From NCBI GenBank assembly GCA_036558045.1, contig DATBGJ010000752.1, positions 1 to 25,598 of the forward strand: 25,598 nt of DNA. The letters are read 5' to 3'. The notes beneath the pieces were generated by a model. That model was not told the DNA's origin. It searched no databases and saw only the letters and a program-made list of their open reading frames with translations. Position numbers and translations under genes: made by a program. Below are positions 16,573 to 25,598 of this stretch, one piece after another (within the stretch, counting starts at the first letter, position 1; each line of letters opens with the position of its first letter). Source of the stretch: Thermoanaerobaculia bacterium. GTDB lineage: Bacteria > Acidobacteriota > Thermoanaerobaculia > Multivoradales > UBA5704.

Positions 16573-17273
16573 ACTGGGAGAGCCTCGACTCGCATGAATC
16601 TCTCGCCGCCTGTGCCGCGGCGATCTTCCTGAACGCGATCGGCCGCGATCCGCGCCTCGTTCTCGGTCTTCCCACCGGCCGCACGCCGATCGGCCTGTAC
16701 GAGCGCGTGGTCGCCGCGTGCGCGCGCCGGTATCACTGCTTCCGCGACGTCACGACGTTCAATCTCGACGAGTACGCCGGCATCCGGGGCGATCATCCCG
16801 GCAGCTACTGCACGTTCATGAAGCGGCACCTCTTCGATCACGTGGATCTCGATCCGCGCCGCACGCACATCCCGCGCGGCGATGCAGGCGATCTCGCAGC
16901 CGAGTGCGCGCGCTACGAGGAAGAGATCCGCGCCGCCGGCGGCCTCGGCCTGACCTTCCTCGGCCTCGGCGCCAACGGCCACATCGCCTTCAACGAGCCC
17001 GGGACGCCGTTCGACTCGCGGACGCACGTCGCGGCCCTCAGCGCGGAGACGCGCCAGTCCAACGCGGAGATTTTCGCCGGCGAGAGCGTGCCGGCGCAGG
17101 CGATCACCATCGGCATCGGAACGATTTTGGATTCCCGGTCCATCGTGCTGCTGGCCTCCGGCGCCAACAAGCACGAGGCGGTGGAACGCCTGCGGTCGCG
17201 GGAGATCGGCGAGGATTTCCCCGCCAGCGCGCTATGGCTTCATGAGGACGTGACGGTGCTGGCGGTGCGGTAG
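16569..17273 (+). CDS. nagB: Glucosamine-6-phosphate deaminase
   Basis: LGLPTGRTP, FNLDEY, GLGANGHIAFNEPG, AITIGIGTI; TTGA overlap with nagA. Confidence 0.93.
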   Translation: MNWESLDSHESLAACAAAIFLNAIGRDPRLVLGLPTGRTPIGLYERVVAACARRYHCFRDVTTFNLDEYAGIRGDHPGSYCTFMKRHLFDHVDLDPRRTHIPRGDAGDLAAECARYEEEIRAAGGLGLTFLGLGANGHIAFNEPGTPFDSRTHVAALSAETRQSNAEIFAGESVPAQAITIGIGTILDSRSIVLLASGANKHEAVERLRSREIGEDFPASALWLHEDVTVLAVR

Positions 17274-18808
17274 AGCCTCACCCTCCCATCCTCCGATCTC
17301 CAGATTTCCAAGTAACCGGCCGCAATCTGCCGCAGCGTCTCCCCCACCGGCGATCCCCAGATCAACACGTAATCGATCCTTCCGCCCGTCCGTCGCGAAT
17401 AGCCGAGAAGATCGACGCGCGGCGGCTCGGTCTCGATGCCGAGAGGCACGGCCGCCAAGTGACGAAAGGGGTCCAGCCGGGGCTCGAAGTAGATCGGAAA
17501 GTAGTTCTCGCTGGCTTCGTACAGCGAGAGATCCACCAGCCGTTTCCGCGCCGCGATGTAGCCGCTGGCGTGGATGTAGGGCGCGGTGCGGAAGACCAGC
17601 GGCTGGCCGTCTCGCCGTTCCCCCCGATGCGCGAAGGAAAGGAACAGCAGCGTATGGTCGGGTTCGACGCGGTCTCCCGCGGCCACGATCTGCGCGAGAT
17701 CCGCGCCGATCCGCGCGTACATCCAGGCGAAGACGCCGAGGAAACCGAGGGCGATGCCGGCCGCCGCGATCTGGATTGCCCGCCGCCGCCACGCGGGATG
17801 CTCGCAGGTGCCGAACCAAAGGATGAGCGCCAGGAAAGGAAACAGGTTGAGCCGGTGATTGATGAAGCCGCCGCCCGCGAGCTCGCTCGGTGCCACGAAG
17901 AAAATGAAAGCGAAGATCACCGCGACCCCCAGCAGGCCGTCTCCCGTCTGCGACGGCCGCCAGCTCCTCGCGCGCAGGCAGAGGAGAGCGACGACGAAGA
18001 AAAGCAGCGCCAGGGCCGCAGCCAGCAGGATCGTCCACCGGCTGACCGAAGCCAGTGAGTAGAGGCCCGCCAGGTGCTTGACCTTGGCCCATAGCGGCAG
18101 CATCGAGACCGTGGCGCCGGTCCGGCGGCCGACGAAGGAGATCATCAGCGCCAGGGCCGGCAGGCAGGCGAGGATGGGGCCGAGCAACCCTCGCCGTGAT
18201 CCGGCCTTCAGCGTTCGCCATGCCGCGAGCGCCATCAACGCCACGACGGTCATCACCAGCGTGACCGGATGGCAGAAGTAGACCCAGAGGACCAGCAGAG
18301 CGAGGATGGCAATCCGCGGCGGCGTCATCCGCTCCTGGTTTCTCCACCAATATCCCAGGGCGAAGAAGAACCCCGCCAGGCTGAAACAGAAATTGAAGAA
18401 GCCCATCTGAAAGAGGAAGTTGTAGAGGAACGGAAAGGAGAGGACGGAGAGGAACGCCGCCCGCGGATCGATCGCCTTCAGGGCGTAGCGCACGGCGAGC
18501 GGCAGCAGGAGGACGTACGCGGTGAGCAGGATCTTCTCCGCCATGGGCACGGAGACGAAGCTCAGCACGCGGCTCATCAGAAAGAAGATGAACCAGTTCG
18601 GCAGCGCCTCGCCGTTCGGCAGGTAGTACTGGCGCAGCAGCCCCGCCTCCGGGCGGTCGTATTGGCGCAGGATGAAGGCGACCGCCTGATGGCCGGGGCC
18701 GTCCTGCGTGGGGATGAAGGAAAAGGCCCAGAGGAGCGCCAGGTGGAGGGCGAGGAGGAGGACAAAGAGGAGGGGCTCCCCGGAGGTGCGGCGAATCGGG
18801 AGATGCAC
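17240..18808 (-). CDS. Polytopic membrane protein, GT-C-like glycosyltransferase candidate
   Basis: About 10 TM segments with an N-terminal loop DGPGH and a C-terminal soluble domain; GTG start at 18808 inferred from promoter spacing. Confidence 0.6.
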   Translation of the reverse strand: MHLPIRRTSGEPLLFVLLLALHLALLWAFSFIPTQDGPGHQAVAFILRQYDRPEAGLLRQYYLPNGEALPNWFIFFLMSRVLSFVSVPMAEKILLTAYVLLLPLAVRYALKAIDPRAAFLSVLSFPFLYNFLFQMGFFNFCFSLAGFFFALGYWWRNQERMTPPRIAILALLVLWVYFCHPVTLVMTVVALMALAAWRTLKAGSRRGLLGPILACLPALALMISFVGRRTGATVSMLPLWAKVKHLAGLYSLASVSRWTILLAAALALLFFVVALLCLRARSWRPSQTGDGLLGVAVIFAFIFFVAPSELAGGGFINHRLNLFPFLALILWFGTCEHPAWRRRAIQIAAAGIALGFLGVFAWMYARIGADLAQIVAAGDRVEPDHTLLFLSFAHRGERRDGQPLVFRTAPYIHASGYIAARKRLVDLSLYEASENYFPIYFEPRLDPFRHLAAVPLGIETEPPRVDLLGYSRRTGGRIDYVLIWGSPVGETLRQIAAGYLEIWRSEDGRVRLYRTASTVTSS

Positions 18809-18815
18809 GGAGGAG

Positions 18816-18841
18816 ATGGTATCAGCAGGGTGTGCTACCCT
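18816..18841. promoter_or_regulatory. Back-to-back extended -10 promoters
   Basis: Minus strand TG-a-TACCAT, 7 nt before GTG 18808. Plus strand TG-c-TACCCT, 10 nt before ATG 18852. Confidence 0.5.
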
Positions 18842-18851
18842 CCCCCACCGC

Positions 18852-19892
18852 ATGAAAATCCTGGTCACCGGGCACAACGGCTATCTCGGCAGCGTCATGA
18901 CGCCGCTGCTGCAGGCCGCCGGCCATGAGGTGGTGGGGCTGGACGCCGACTGGTTCGAGCCCTGCCTGCTGGAGGGCCAGGCCGCGGCGCCGGTGCCTTC
19001 GCTGCGCAAGGACCTGCGGGACGTCGAGCGGGCGGATCTGGAGGGATTCGCGGCCGTGATCCACCTCGCCGGCCTGTCGAACGATCCGCTGGGGAACCTC
19101 GACGCTTCCCTCACCTACGAGATCAACGACGCGGCTTCGGTGCGCCTCGCCCACCTCGCCAAGGAGGCCGGCGTCGGGCGCTTCCTCTTCTCCTCCTCGT
19201 GCAGCACCTACGGCGCGGCGGGCGACGACTTCCTCGACGAGACGGCCGCCTTCAATCCGGTCACCCCCTACGGCGTCTCCAAGGTGCGGCTGGAGCAGCA
19301 GCTCGCGGGCCTCGCGGATGACGGCTTCAGCCCCGTCTACCTGCGCAACGCCACGGCCTACGGCGTCTCTCCCCGCCTGCGGGTCGACCTGGTGCTCAAC
19401 AACCTGGTGGGCTACGCGGCGACCACCGGGCGCATCCACCTGCTGAGCGACGGCACGCCCTGGCGGCCGATCGTCCACATCGAGGACATCAGCCGCGCCT
19501 TCCTCGCCGTGCTGGACGCACCGCGCGAGGCCGTCCACGATCAGGCCTTCAACGTCGGCCGCACGGCGGAGAACTACCGCATCCGCGAGCTGGCGGAGAT
19601 CGTGGCCGAGACGGTGCCCGGCTGCGACATCACCTACGCCGAGGACGCGGGGCCCGACAAGCGCTGCTACCGCGTGGACTGCGGCAAGCTGGAGCGGACG
19701 CTTCCCGCCTTCCAGCCGCAGTGGGACGCCCGCCGCGGCGCCCGCGAGCTCTACGACGCCTACCGTGCGGCGGGCCTCACCGCCGAGGAATTCCTCGGCG
19801 CGCGCTTCATCCGCCTGAAGCGGATCCAGCAGCTCCAGAGCGAGGGACGGCTGGACGCGGCGCTGCGCTGGCAGGCGGCGGTGGTGGCGTAA
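18852..19892 (+). CDS. NAD-dependent epimerase/dehydratase (extended SDR)
   Basis: [11 protein letters not shown] (GxxGxxG), [22 protein letters not shown] (YxxxK), LRNATAYG. Confidence 0.92.
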   Translation: MKILVTGHNGYLGSVMTPLLQAAGHEVVGLDADWFEPCLLEGQAAAPVPSLRKDLRDVERADLEGFAAVIHLAGLSNDPLGNLDASLTYEINDAASVRLAHLAKEAGVGRFLFSSSCSTYGAAGDDFLDETAAFNPVTPYGVSKVRLEQQLAGLADDGFSPVYLRNATAYGVSPRLRVDLVLNNLVGYAATTGRIHLLSDGTPWRPIVHIEDISRAFLAVLDAPREAVHDQAFNVGRTAENYRIRELAEIVAETVPGCDITYAEDAGPDKRCYRVDCGKLERTLPAFQPQWDARRGARELYDAYRAAGLTAEEFLGARFIRLKRIQQLQSEGRLDAALRWQAAVVA

Positions 19893-20613
19893 GCACCCTC
19901 ACCACCCAGGTCCCCTTGCGATTGCTCACTGCGGTCTCCTCCAGGAGCCGGTATCTCGTCAGCAGGCGGCGCACGATGACGTCGGCGCGGCGGGAGCGGA
20001 ACGCCGAAACGATGAAGACGCCGCCATCTTCCAAGGAGCTCTCGTAGCGCTGCACGGTGCCAAGGGGATCGTTGAAGTAGTAGACGCACTCGTTGAAGAC
20101 GATGGCGTCCCAGCGCTCCGGCGGCGTGTAGGACTCCGCGTCGGCGGCGATGAAGGAGGTCCTTTCGTCCGCCCTGCCGGCAGCCTGCCGCACGGCGGTC
20201 TCGGAGAGATCCACGCCGAGATAGCGCGCGTAGCCGAAGGGGCGGAGATGGTCCGCCAGCAGGCCTTCGCCGCCGCCCACGTCGAGCACGGAGCCGCCGG
20301 GCTTCAGGTGGTGCAGGAAGCCGGCGATGACGCTGTAGCGGGCCACTTCGTCGAGGCCGCGCATGAACTCCCAGCCGCCGCGGCCGTACTGGGCTTCCCA
20401 CACCTCCTTGGCGACTGGCGCATCGCCACGGCCGGTGGCGAGCTCCCAGGCATGGACGCGCGCCGCCAGCTTCACGTAAAAGGGAAAGCGGCGTCCGAAG
20501 AGGAGCCTGTAATAGAGGATGTAGACCGGCTTGAAGGCCCGGCGGCCGAGGTCTCGCAGTCCGATGGGACAGATCCTATCCCGAGCGTCCGCGGCTGCAC
20601 AGTTTGGTTGCAA
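19807..20613 (-). CDS. Class I SAM-dependent methyltransferase (start uncertain)
   Basis: [11 protein letters not shown] motif [25 protein letters not shown]. The annotated TTG start overlaps the divergent promoter, so the true start is probably downstream. Confidence 0.85.
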   Translation of the reverse strand: MQPNCAAADARDRICPIGLRDLGRRAFKPVYILYYRLLFGRRFPFYVKLAARVHAWELATGRGDAPVAKEVWEAQYGRGGWEFMRGLDEVARYSVIAGFLHHLKPGGSVLDVGGGEGLLADHLRPFGYARYLGVDLSETAVRQAAGRADERTSFIAADAESYTPPERWDAIVFNECVYYFNDPLGTVQRYESSLEDGGVFIVSAFRSRRADVIVRRLLTRYRLLEETAVSNRKGTWVVRVLTPPPPPASAAPRPAVPRSGAAGSASGG

Positions 20614-20636
20614 TCGGGAAACCGAGGCGCTAGCAT
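20608..20636 (+). promoter_or_regulatory. Putative sigma70-type promoter
   Basis: TTGCAA-17 nt-TAGCAT; SD AAGGAG before ATG 20670. Confidence 0.55.
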
Positions 20637-20669
20637 CGATCCGTCGGTCCGCTGTAAGGAGTACCCCGC

Positions 20670-21923
20670 ATGAAGAGAATCCTCGCCTCCAGTCTGGCTC
20701 TCGTCGCGCTCGGCCTGGCCGCCCCGTTGCGGGCCGAGCCCGTCTACGTCCCCGTCGTCGAAGCCCGGCAAGCCGATGGCCGGGCGCTCCCCACGCGCCT
20801 CTGGATCTCCAACCTCGACGGCGCGGGGCGTTCCTACGCCGCCGCCGGCGAGAGCGAGACGGGGCTGCTGGAGATCGAGCGGAGCGGCGAGCTCGCGGTC
20901 AATGCCTGGATCGAGAGCGGCCGCGGAGGCCGGACCTTCTACGCCGGCGTGCCGGTGATCTCGGAGGCGAACCGCCTGGCGGCCGGCGAAGCCGCCTATC
21001 TCAACGGCGTGGCGCGCGACGGGCAGCGCGAGGTCACCGGCCTGGCGCTGATCAACGTCGGCCGCGAGCCGGCGCAGTGCCAGGTGGGCTTCCTGCGGGC
21101 GGACGGCTCGGAGATCGGCGCCGGCGTGGCAGCGGACGTGCCGGCCCTTTCGCTGCGGCGGTTCGATGACGCCCTGGGCCTCGGCTCCGAGCCGGAAGCC
21201 GCGAGCGCCCGCGTCTCGTGCGACCAAGCCTTCTACGCCTATGCGTTGGCCGCCGACCAGGAGAGCGGCGAGATCTCGTTCGTGACGCCGGAGACGGCCT
21301 TCGCGGCGGCGGCGCCGCGAGCCGATCGGAGCAAGGCCGCCGCGGCGGCGAAGCAGACGATCGTCTTCACGCAGAGCGGCCGCTTCCATTACGCCAACAA
21401 GGAGCACCCCAAGGCAATCCTGCACATCCCGGTGCCGCAGGCCATGAACGCCGCGCGCGTCACCGCCGAGCTCGACTTCGTGGCCGGACCGTGGAACCCG
21501 CGGATGAAGAGCGGCGCCCACAACCTGCTCTTCTTCCACCGCGGCCGTTTCCGCAGCAACACCCTCGCCAACGTCAACGCCTTCGGCCCCAAAAGGAACC
21601 TGTTCAAGATGAACCAGAACCTCGACATGCCGGCCCGCTGGAACACCCAGGCCGAGGTGGGTTATGTCTTCGTGCAGGGCCAGCGGTACCACATCAAGGT
21701 CGTCCAGGACGCGGTCGCCCGGATCGTCGAGCTGACGCTGTCGCAGAACGGACAGACGCTGCGGACGCTGCGCTTCGGCGGCAGCATGAAGGCCGGCGCC
21801 ATCGCCATACCCGCGTCCGGACTGGTGGCCGAGTTCGGCAACTACAACAACCAGGGCCTTCCCGAAGTCTCCAGCCTCGCCTTCGCGTACGAGAATTTCC
21901 GCGCCGAGATCGTCGAGAAATAA
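20670..21923 (+). CDS. Secreted hypothetical protein, paralog 1
   Basis: Signal peptide, VYVPV N-terminus, beta-rich C-terminal domain (FRSNTLANVNAF); clearly homologous to 22141-23505. Confidence 0.85.
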   Translation: MKRILASSLALVALGLAAPLRAEPVYVPVVEARQADGRALPTRLWISNLDGAGRSYAAAGESETGLLEIERSGELAVNAWIESGRGGRTFYAGVPVISEANRLAAGEAAYLNGVARDGQREVTGLALINVGREPAQCQVGFLRADGSEIGAGVAADVPALSLRRFDDALGLGSEPEAASARVSCDQAFYAYALAADQESGEISFVTPETAFAAAAPRADRSKAAAAAKQTIVFTQSGRFHYANKEHPKAILHIPVPQAMNAARVTAELDFVAGPWNPRMKSGAHNLLFFHRGRFRSNTLANVNAFGPKRNLFKMNQNLDMPARWNTQAEVGYVFVQGQRYHIKVVQDAVARIVELTLSQNGQTLRTLRFGGSMKAGAIAIPASGLVAEFGNYNNQGLPEVSSLAFAYENFRAEIVEK

Positions 21924-21931
21924 CCCGAACC

Positions 21932-21959
21932 CCAGGGCGGCCCTATGTGGCCGCCCTGG
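21932..21959. repeat. REP-like hairpin (11-bp perfect stem, no U tract)
   Basis: ccagggcggcc-ctatgt-ggccgccctgg, 8 nt after the stop codon. Confidence 0.65.
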
Positions 21960-22032
21960 ATGGGGGCCTCGTCCCAAGTGAGAGTCCTCTTGAAGGATCG
22001 GGCTGCAAACTGCCATTTCCACAGGCTTTGGC

Positions 22033-22061
22033 TTGCGTTCCTCTCCGGACCGCGGTAATAT
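22033..22061 (+). promoter_or_regulatory. Putative sigma70-type promoter
   Basis: TTGCGT-17 nt-TAATAT in an AT-richer intergenic stretch; SD AGGAGG before ATG 22141. Confidence 0.5.
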
Positions 22062-22140
22062 ACGGAAGTTTCAATCTGTCGCAGTAGCAGGACCCTGGAT
22101 ACGTCCGGGGTGGTTCGGTCGTTCGCCAGGAGGTGGTCCG

Positions 22141-23505
22141 ATGAGGAAACCGCTCGCCGCCTGTCTCGCGATCCCGCTGCTCGCCGGCGCCGCTGCGGCG
22201 TTCGCCGGCACGGTGTACGTCCCGGTGCCCGATCCGGTCGGCAGCACGGGGAGCTCGCACGCGTTGCAAGTCTGGGTCACCAACTCCGGCACCGCGCAGC
22301 GGTCCTACACGGCCACCTACCTCGCCGTGGATACCGACGGCACGAAACGCTCGACCAAGGCCGCGGAGACGCCCGTGCAAGCCGGCCGCACGTCCCTGCT
22401 CGGCAATATCGGCGCGAAGGGCCAGGTGGGATTGCTGGAGATCGATTCCAGCGCCGAGATCTCGATGGAGGCGCGGCTGACCAACACGTCGCCCACCGGC
22501 CAGATCACGCAAAGCCTGGTGCCGACGATCTCCTCGGACAACCTGTTCGCGGCCGGCGAGGCGGCAATCCTCCAGGGCCTGGGTCGCGACGGCACGCGCG
22601 GCGACCTCTCGAGCATCGGCATCGTCAACCTGGCGCAGCAGGCCTCCCAGTGCACCGTCAAGGTGTTCCGCGCCGAGGGAACGCAGATCGGCGGCACCGT
22701 CACCCTGGCGTTCAAGCCGCTCTCGCTGCGCTACTTCGCCGACTCGTTCGGCCTGCTCGGCCTGGTGAACCTTGCGGACGCGCGCTTCCAGATCTCCTGC
22801 AGCCAGCCTTTCTATGCCTACGCGAACATCTTCCTGAAGGCGAGCTCGCAGCTCGTCTTCGTCGCGCCCTCGGCCACCGGCGCCTCGACGCTCACCGTTC
22901 CCGGGGGCGGCGGCACCAGTCCTCCTCCCGCTGCCGGCTCGGTCGTCTATTCGATCCCCGGCCTCTTCCACACCGCCACCACGGCGAAGCCGAAGGAACA
23001 GCGCTCGATCGTCCTCGAGCGCGACCTGTCGCTCAAGCGGATGGTGATCGAGATGGACTTCATTCCGGGCCCCTGGAACCTCACCAAGGTCCCCGGCAAC
23101 CACGGGCTCATCTGGCTCTATCGCGACAAGTTCCGCAGCAACACCATCGCCAACGTCAACGCCTTCAGCCCGCCCAAGCTGACGCTCAAGGCGGCCCAGA
23201 ACATCGACCTGCCGGCAACCTACAGCTCCCTGAAGGAGGCGGGTGTTCCCTGGGTGGAAGGCCAGCGTTATCACGTGAAGTACACCTACGATGCCGAGCA
23301 CGGCACGGTCTCCGTGGTCCTCTCCTCCGGCGGCGCGACCGTCACGTCGTTCAGCTTCGAGGCCACGGCCACGAATCACGTGCTGACCGTGCCGGCGAAG
23401 GGATTGACGGTGGACTTCGGGCACTACGCGAACCAGGAGGGGCCCGAGGTGGCGGCCTACGGCTGGCGCTACTACGACTTCCGGGTCGAGATGGTGCCGT
23501 ATTAG
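22141..23505 (+). CDS. Secreted hypothetical protein, paralog 2
   Basis: SD AGGAGG, signal peptide MRKPLAACLAIPLLAGAAAAFA, VYVPV, FRSNTIANVNAF, FGHYANQEGPEV. Confidence 0.85.
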   Translation: MRKPLAACLAIPLLAGAAAAFAGTVYVPVPDPVGSTGSSHALQVWVTNSGTAQRSYTATYLAVDTDGTKRSTKAAETPVQAGRTSLLGNIGAKGQVGLLEIDSSAEISMEARLTNTSPTGQITQSLVPTISSDNLFAAGEAAILQGLGRDGTRGDLSSIGIVNLAQQASQCTVKVFRAEGTQIGGTVTLAFKPLSLRYFADSFGLLGLVNLADARFQISCSQPFYAYANIFLKASSQLVFVAPSATGASTLTVPGGGGTSPPPAAGSVVYSIPGLFHTATTAKPKEQRSIVLERDLSLKRMVIEMDFIPGPWNLTKVPGNHGLIWLYRDKFRSNTIANVNAFSPPKLTLKAAQNIDLPATYSSLKEAGVPWVEGQRYHVKYTYDAEHGTVSVVLSSGGATVTSFSFEATATNHVLTVPAKGLTVDFGHYANQEGPEVAAYGWRYYDFRVEMVPY

Positions 23506-24461
23506 AGAGGCAGGCAGTCGGCGAGGAAGTCCGCAGCGCGTTTGGCTCCGCGCCGCGTGAAGTGGATGCCGTCCTTCAGAAAGCTGCCGCGGCGCTGCTT
23601 CGCGGGTAAAGCTTCGAAAGCGCGCGCGAGGTCGCAAAGCGCGGATCTCTCATCGCGCGCCACGCTCCGCACGGCCTCGACGTAGGCCTGGTGGAGCGGC
23701 ACCACGTCCTGCAGACGGTGGATCCAGACGCCCTTCAGGTATCGGGGCTCGCGTCCTCTCTCGTGAGAGGAGGGCGCCGTGATCAGCACGGGCTCGATGC
23801 CGTGGTCTTTGGCAAGACGGATCATCTCGTGGAGATTGCGCCGGAACTCCGGCAGCGGGACGCGGCGGTTGTCGTCGGAGCGGTGGGCGGCGACGTACGC
23901 CTTCTCGCCGAGCTGCACGAGGCGCAGGCCCTGCCAGCGCGAGCCCGTCCGGCGCAGCAGGTCCGCCACCTGGGCGTCGGGCAGGCCGAAGCCGATCCAG
24001 TGGTCGTTCCAGCCGAAGTAGACGGTCACCACGCGGGGCCGCAGCGGCAGGACGTCCCTCTCGAGCTGCCGCAATCCCTGGAACGTGGTCCATCCGGCCG
24101 TGCCCAGGTTGACGCCGGTCCAGCGTCCATCGGGCCTGCGCCGCGCCAGCTCCGCGAGCAGCAGCTCCGGATAGCGGCCGTAATCGGTGCAGGAATCCCC
24201 CAGGAAGGCGATGACGGGATGCGCGGCGCGAGCCCGCGCGAGCCGCTGATCGTAGTCGGCGTGGACCCAGAGCAGATCGGGATCGGCGCGGTACTCATCG
24301 CCGAGCGCGGCGAGCGTCCTGGGCCAGCCGAACTGGATCTGCTCCGGCCGCAGGTGGTACGAGAAGCCGGCGGCGCGCAGGACGAGCTCGGCGAGCAGCA
24401 GGCCGGTCAACAGACCCGCCCCGGCGAGGAAGCCGAGCTTGGCGGCTCTCGACAGGGTCAT
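23502..24461 (-). CDS. Membrane-anchored SGNH/GDSL hydrolase
   Basis: Blocks FLGDSC, G.AGWTT, FGWND, DGIH; N-terminal TM helix; ATGA coupling to the upstream gene. Confidence 0.88.
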   Translation of the reverse strand: MTLSRAAKLGFLAGAGLLTGLLLAELVLRAAGFSYHLRPEQIQFGWPRTLAALGDEYRADPDLLWVHADYDQRLARARAAHPVIAFLGDSCTDYGRYPELLLAELARRRPDGRWTGVNLGTAGWTTFQGLRQLERDVLPLRPRVVTVYFGWNDHWIGFGLPDAQVADLLRRTGSRWQGLRLVQLGEKAYVAAHRSDDNRRVPLPEFRRNLHEMIRLAKDHGIEPVLITAPSSHERGREPRYLKGVWIHRLQDVVPLHQAYVEAVRSVARDERSALCDLARAFEALPAKQRRGSFLKDGIHFTRRGAKRAADFLADCLPL

Positions 24462-25598
24462 GAAGCGCGCTTGGACCGCCGCTTGCGGTGGAAATCCAGG
24501 ACGTCCGCGGTCGCCGGAGGGTGCTCCACGGCCACCGCCGCAGCCGGATGGACGAAGGGTGAATCCGTCCGCATCCAGAAGCCGCCCACCTGGCGGTAGC
24601 CGTAGCCGGGCAACACCTTCGTGACATTGCCCATGCCGCGGCGCACGCCCCAGATCTGGAAGAAGGCGTCGGGCCGCTGCTGCGTGAACAGCCGCTGCTC
24701 GTTCCACTTGAGGTGCCCGGGCCGGAAGAAGCGGAAGTCGTCCTCGCCGAGCGCCACGACCGGCTTCATGCGCGCGATGAGGCGATCGTTGTAGCCGAGG
24801 ATGTCGATCATCCGATAGTCGGAGAAGTAGGCTGGAATCCCGGCCCAGGCCGTGGCCACCACGGCGCCGGGCTGCACGAGCTTGCGGAACTCCGCGAGCC
24901 GGGCGGCCACCCGCTCGTGACGATCGACGTTCGGCGGCCGGTCGCTGAGGGTAAAGCGCCGCCAGTTGGCGTCGGCGTCGCTGGAGAGCCACAGCCCATT
25001 GACCAGCAGCAGGGAGACGGCCGTGACGCCGGCGGCGATGAAACGCTCGAGGAGAGGGTCCGCGCGTTCCTCCCTGCCGCTCCGCCAGGCCGCGAGCGCG
25101 GCGTTGAGCACGGCATTGAACAGCACGAAGAGCAGCGGCATGACGAAGGCGATGAAGCGGTTGGCGCGCAGCGGCAGGTCGCCGTCCCAGGAGTCGCCTC
25201 CCGTGTAGACGCAATAGGCGCAGTAGAGGGCGAAGACCGCCGCCGGCAGGGCGAGCCGCGCGTTGCGCCGCATCAGCACTCCGGTTCCCAGGCCGACCGG
25301 CAGGAGGAAGAACAGGTGATCGCGCAGGAAATCCGTGAAGACGAAGATCCCCCGCAGCAGGCGCACCGTGAGAGCTACTCCTGTCAGCTTCAGGTAGTAG
25401 GTGTTCGGCAGGACGTCGTGGAAGTAGAACCAGCGGAAGAGGGAGTAGGCCGCGCCGGCGCCGCAGAAGACCGCCAGGCCCGTGAGCCAGCTCCGCCGGC
25501 CCGGCGGCCGCAGACCGTCCTCCAGGAGCAGGTAGAGCTGCACGGCGAGGACGAGCAACAGCATGTCCATGCGCAGCAGGAATGCCGCCGTGCAGACG
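24458..25598 (-). CDS. Polytopic membrane glycosyltransferase (GT-C / PMT-like), 5' end outside the window
   Basis: R.YFHDVLPNTYYLK, GGDSW, RFIAFVMP, AGIPAYFS..DILGYND motifs recalled for this group; multiple TM segments. Confidence 0.65.
   Translation of the reverse strand, partial: VCTAAFLLRMDMLLLVLAVQLYLLLEDGLRPPGRRSWLTGLAVFCGAGAAYSLFRWFYFHDVLPNTYYLKLTGVALTVRLLRGIFVFTDFLRDHLFFLLPVGLGTGVLMRRNARLALPAAVFALYCAYCVYTGGDSWDGDLPLRANRFIAFVMPLLFVLFNAVLNAALAAWRSGREERADPLLERFIAAGVTAVSLLLVNGLWLSSDADANWRRFTLSDRPPNVDRHERVAARLAEFRKLVQPGAVVATAWAGIPAYFSDYRMIDILGYNDRLIARMKPVVALGEDDFRFFRPGHLKWNEQRLFTQQRPDAFFQIWGVRRGMGNVTKVLPGYGYRQVGGFWMRTDSPFVHPAAAVAVEHPPATADVLDFHRKRRSKRAS

Noticed and set aside
21932-21959. 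Rho-independent terminator
   Set aside because: Strong stem but no U tract on either strand; kept as REP-like.

Overview
High-GC bacterial chromosome segment. The ADOP-type orphan permease and the palindromic intergenic repeats point to Acidobacteriota, possibly Thermoanaerobaculia-like; this is inference. Housekeeping blocks are glgC-glgA-valS (the ValRS is of the actinobacterial/archaeal type) and a complete murQ-anmK-nagA-nagB peptidoglycan-recycling operon. The right end is a cell-envelope cluster: two GT-C-like membrane proteins, an NDP-sugar epimerase, a SAM methyltransferase, an SGNH hydrolase and two tandem paralogous secreted proteins. The unusual part is about 5.9-9.5 kb. It holds a lower-GC array of three integron-type cassettes with attC-like sites, all lacking the canonical GTT crossover, and no integrase. 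The array is flanked by gene fragments: a 93%-identical partial second copy of a methyltransferase gene, an apparently split gene with its halves in permuted order, and an ELWxxDGT remnant. Next to it is a 41-bp tandem repeat with a 123-bp higher-order ABC structure. Several genes look leaderless (extended -10 motif 7-10 nt before the start codon, no SD). I cannot demonstrate a clearly new functional system. The best candidates are the frozen or variant attC array with its mosaic flanks, the 41-bp array, and the secreted paralog pair in the glycan cluster. An assembly chimera cannot be excluded for the mosaic region.
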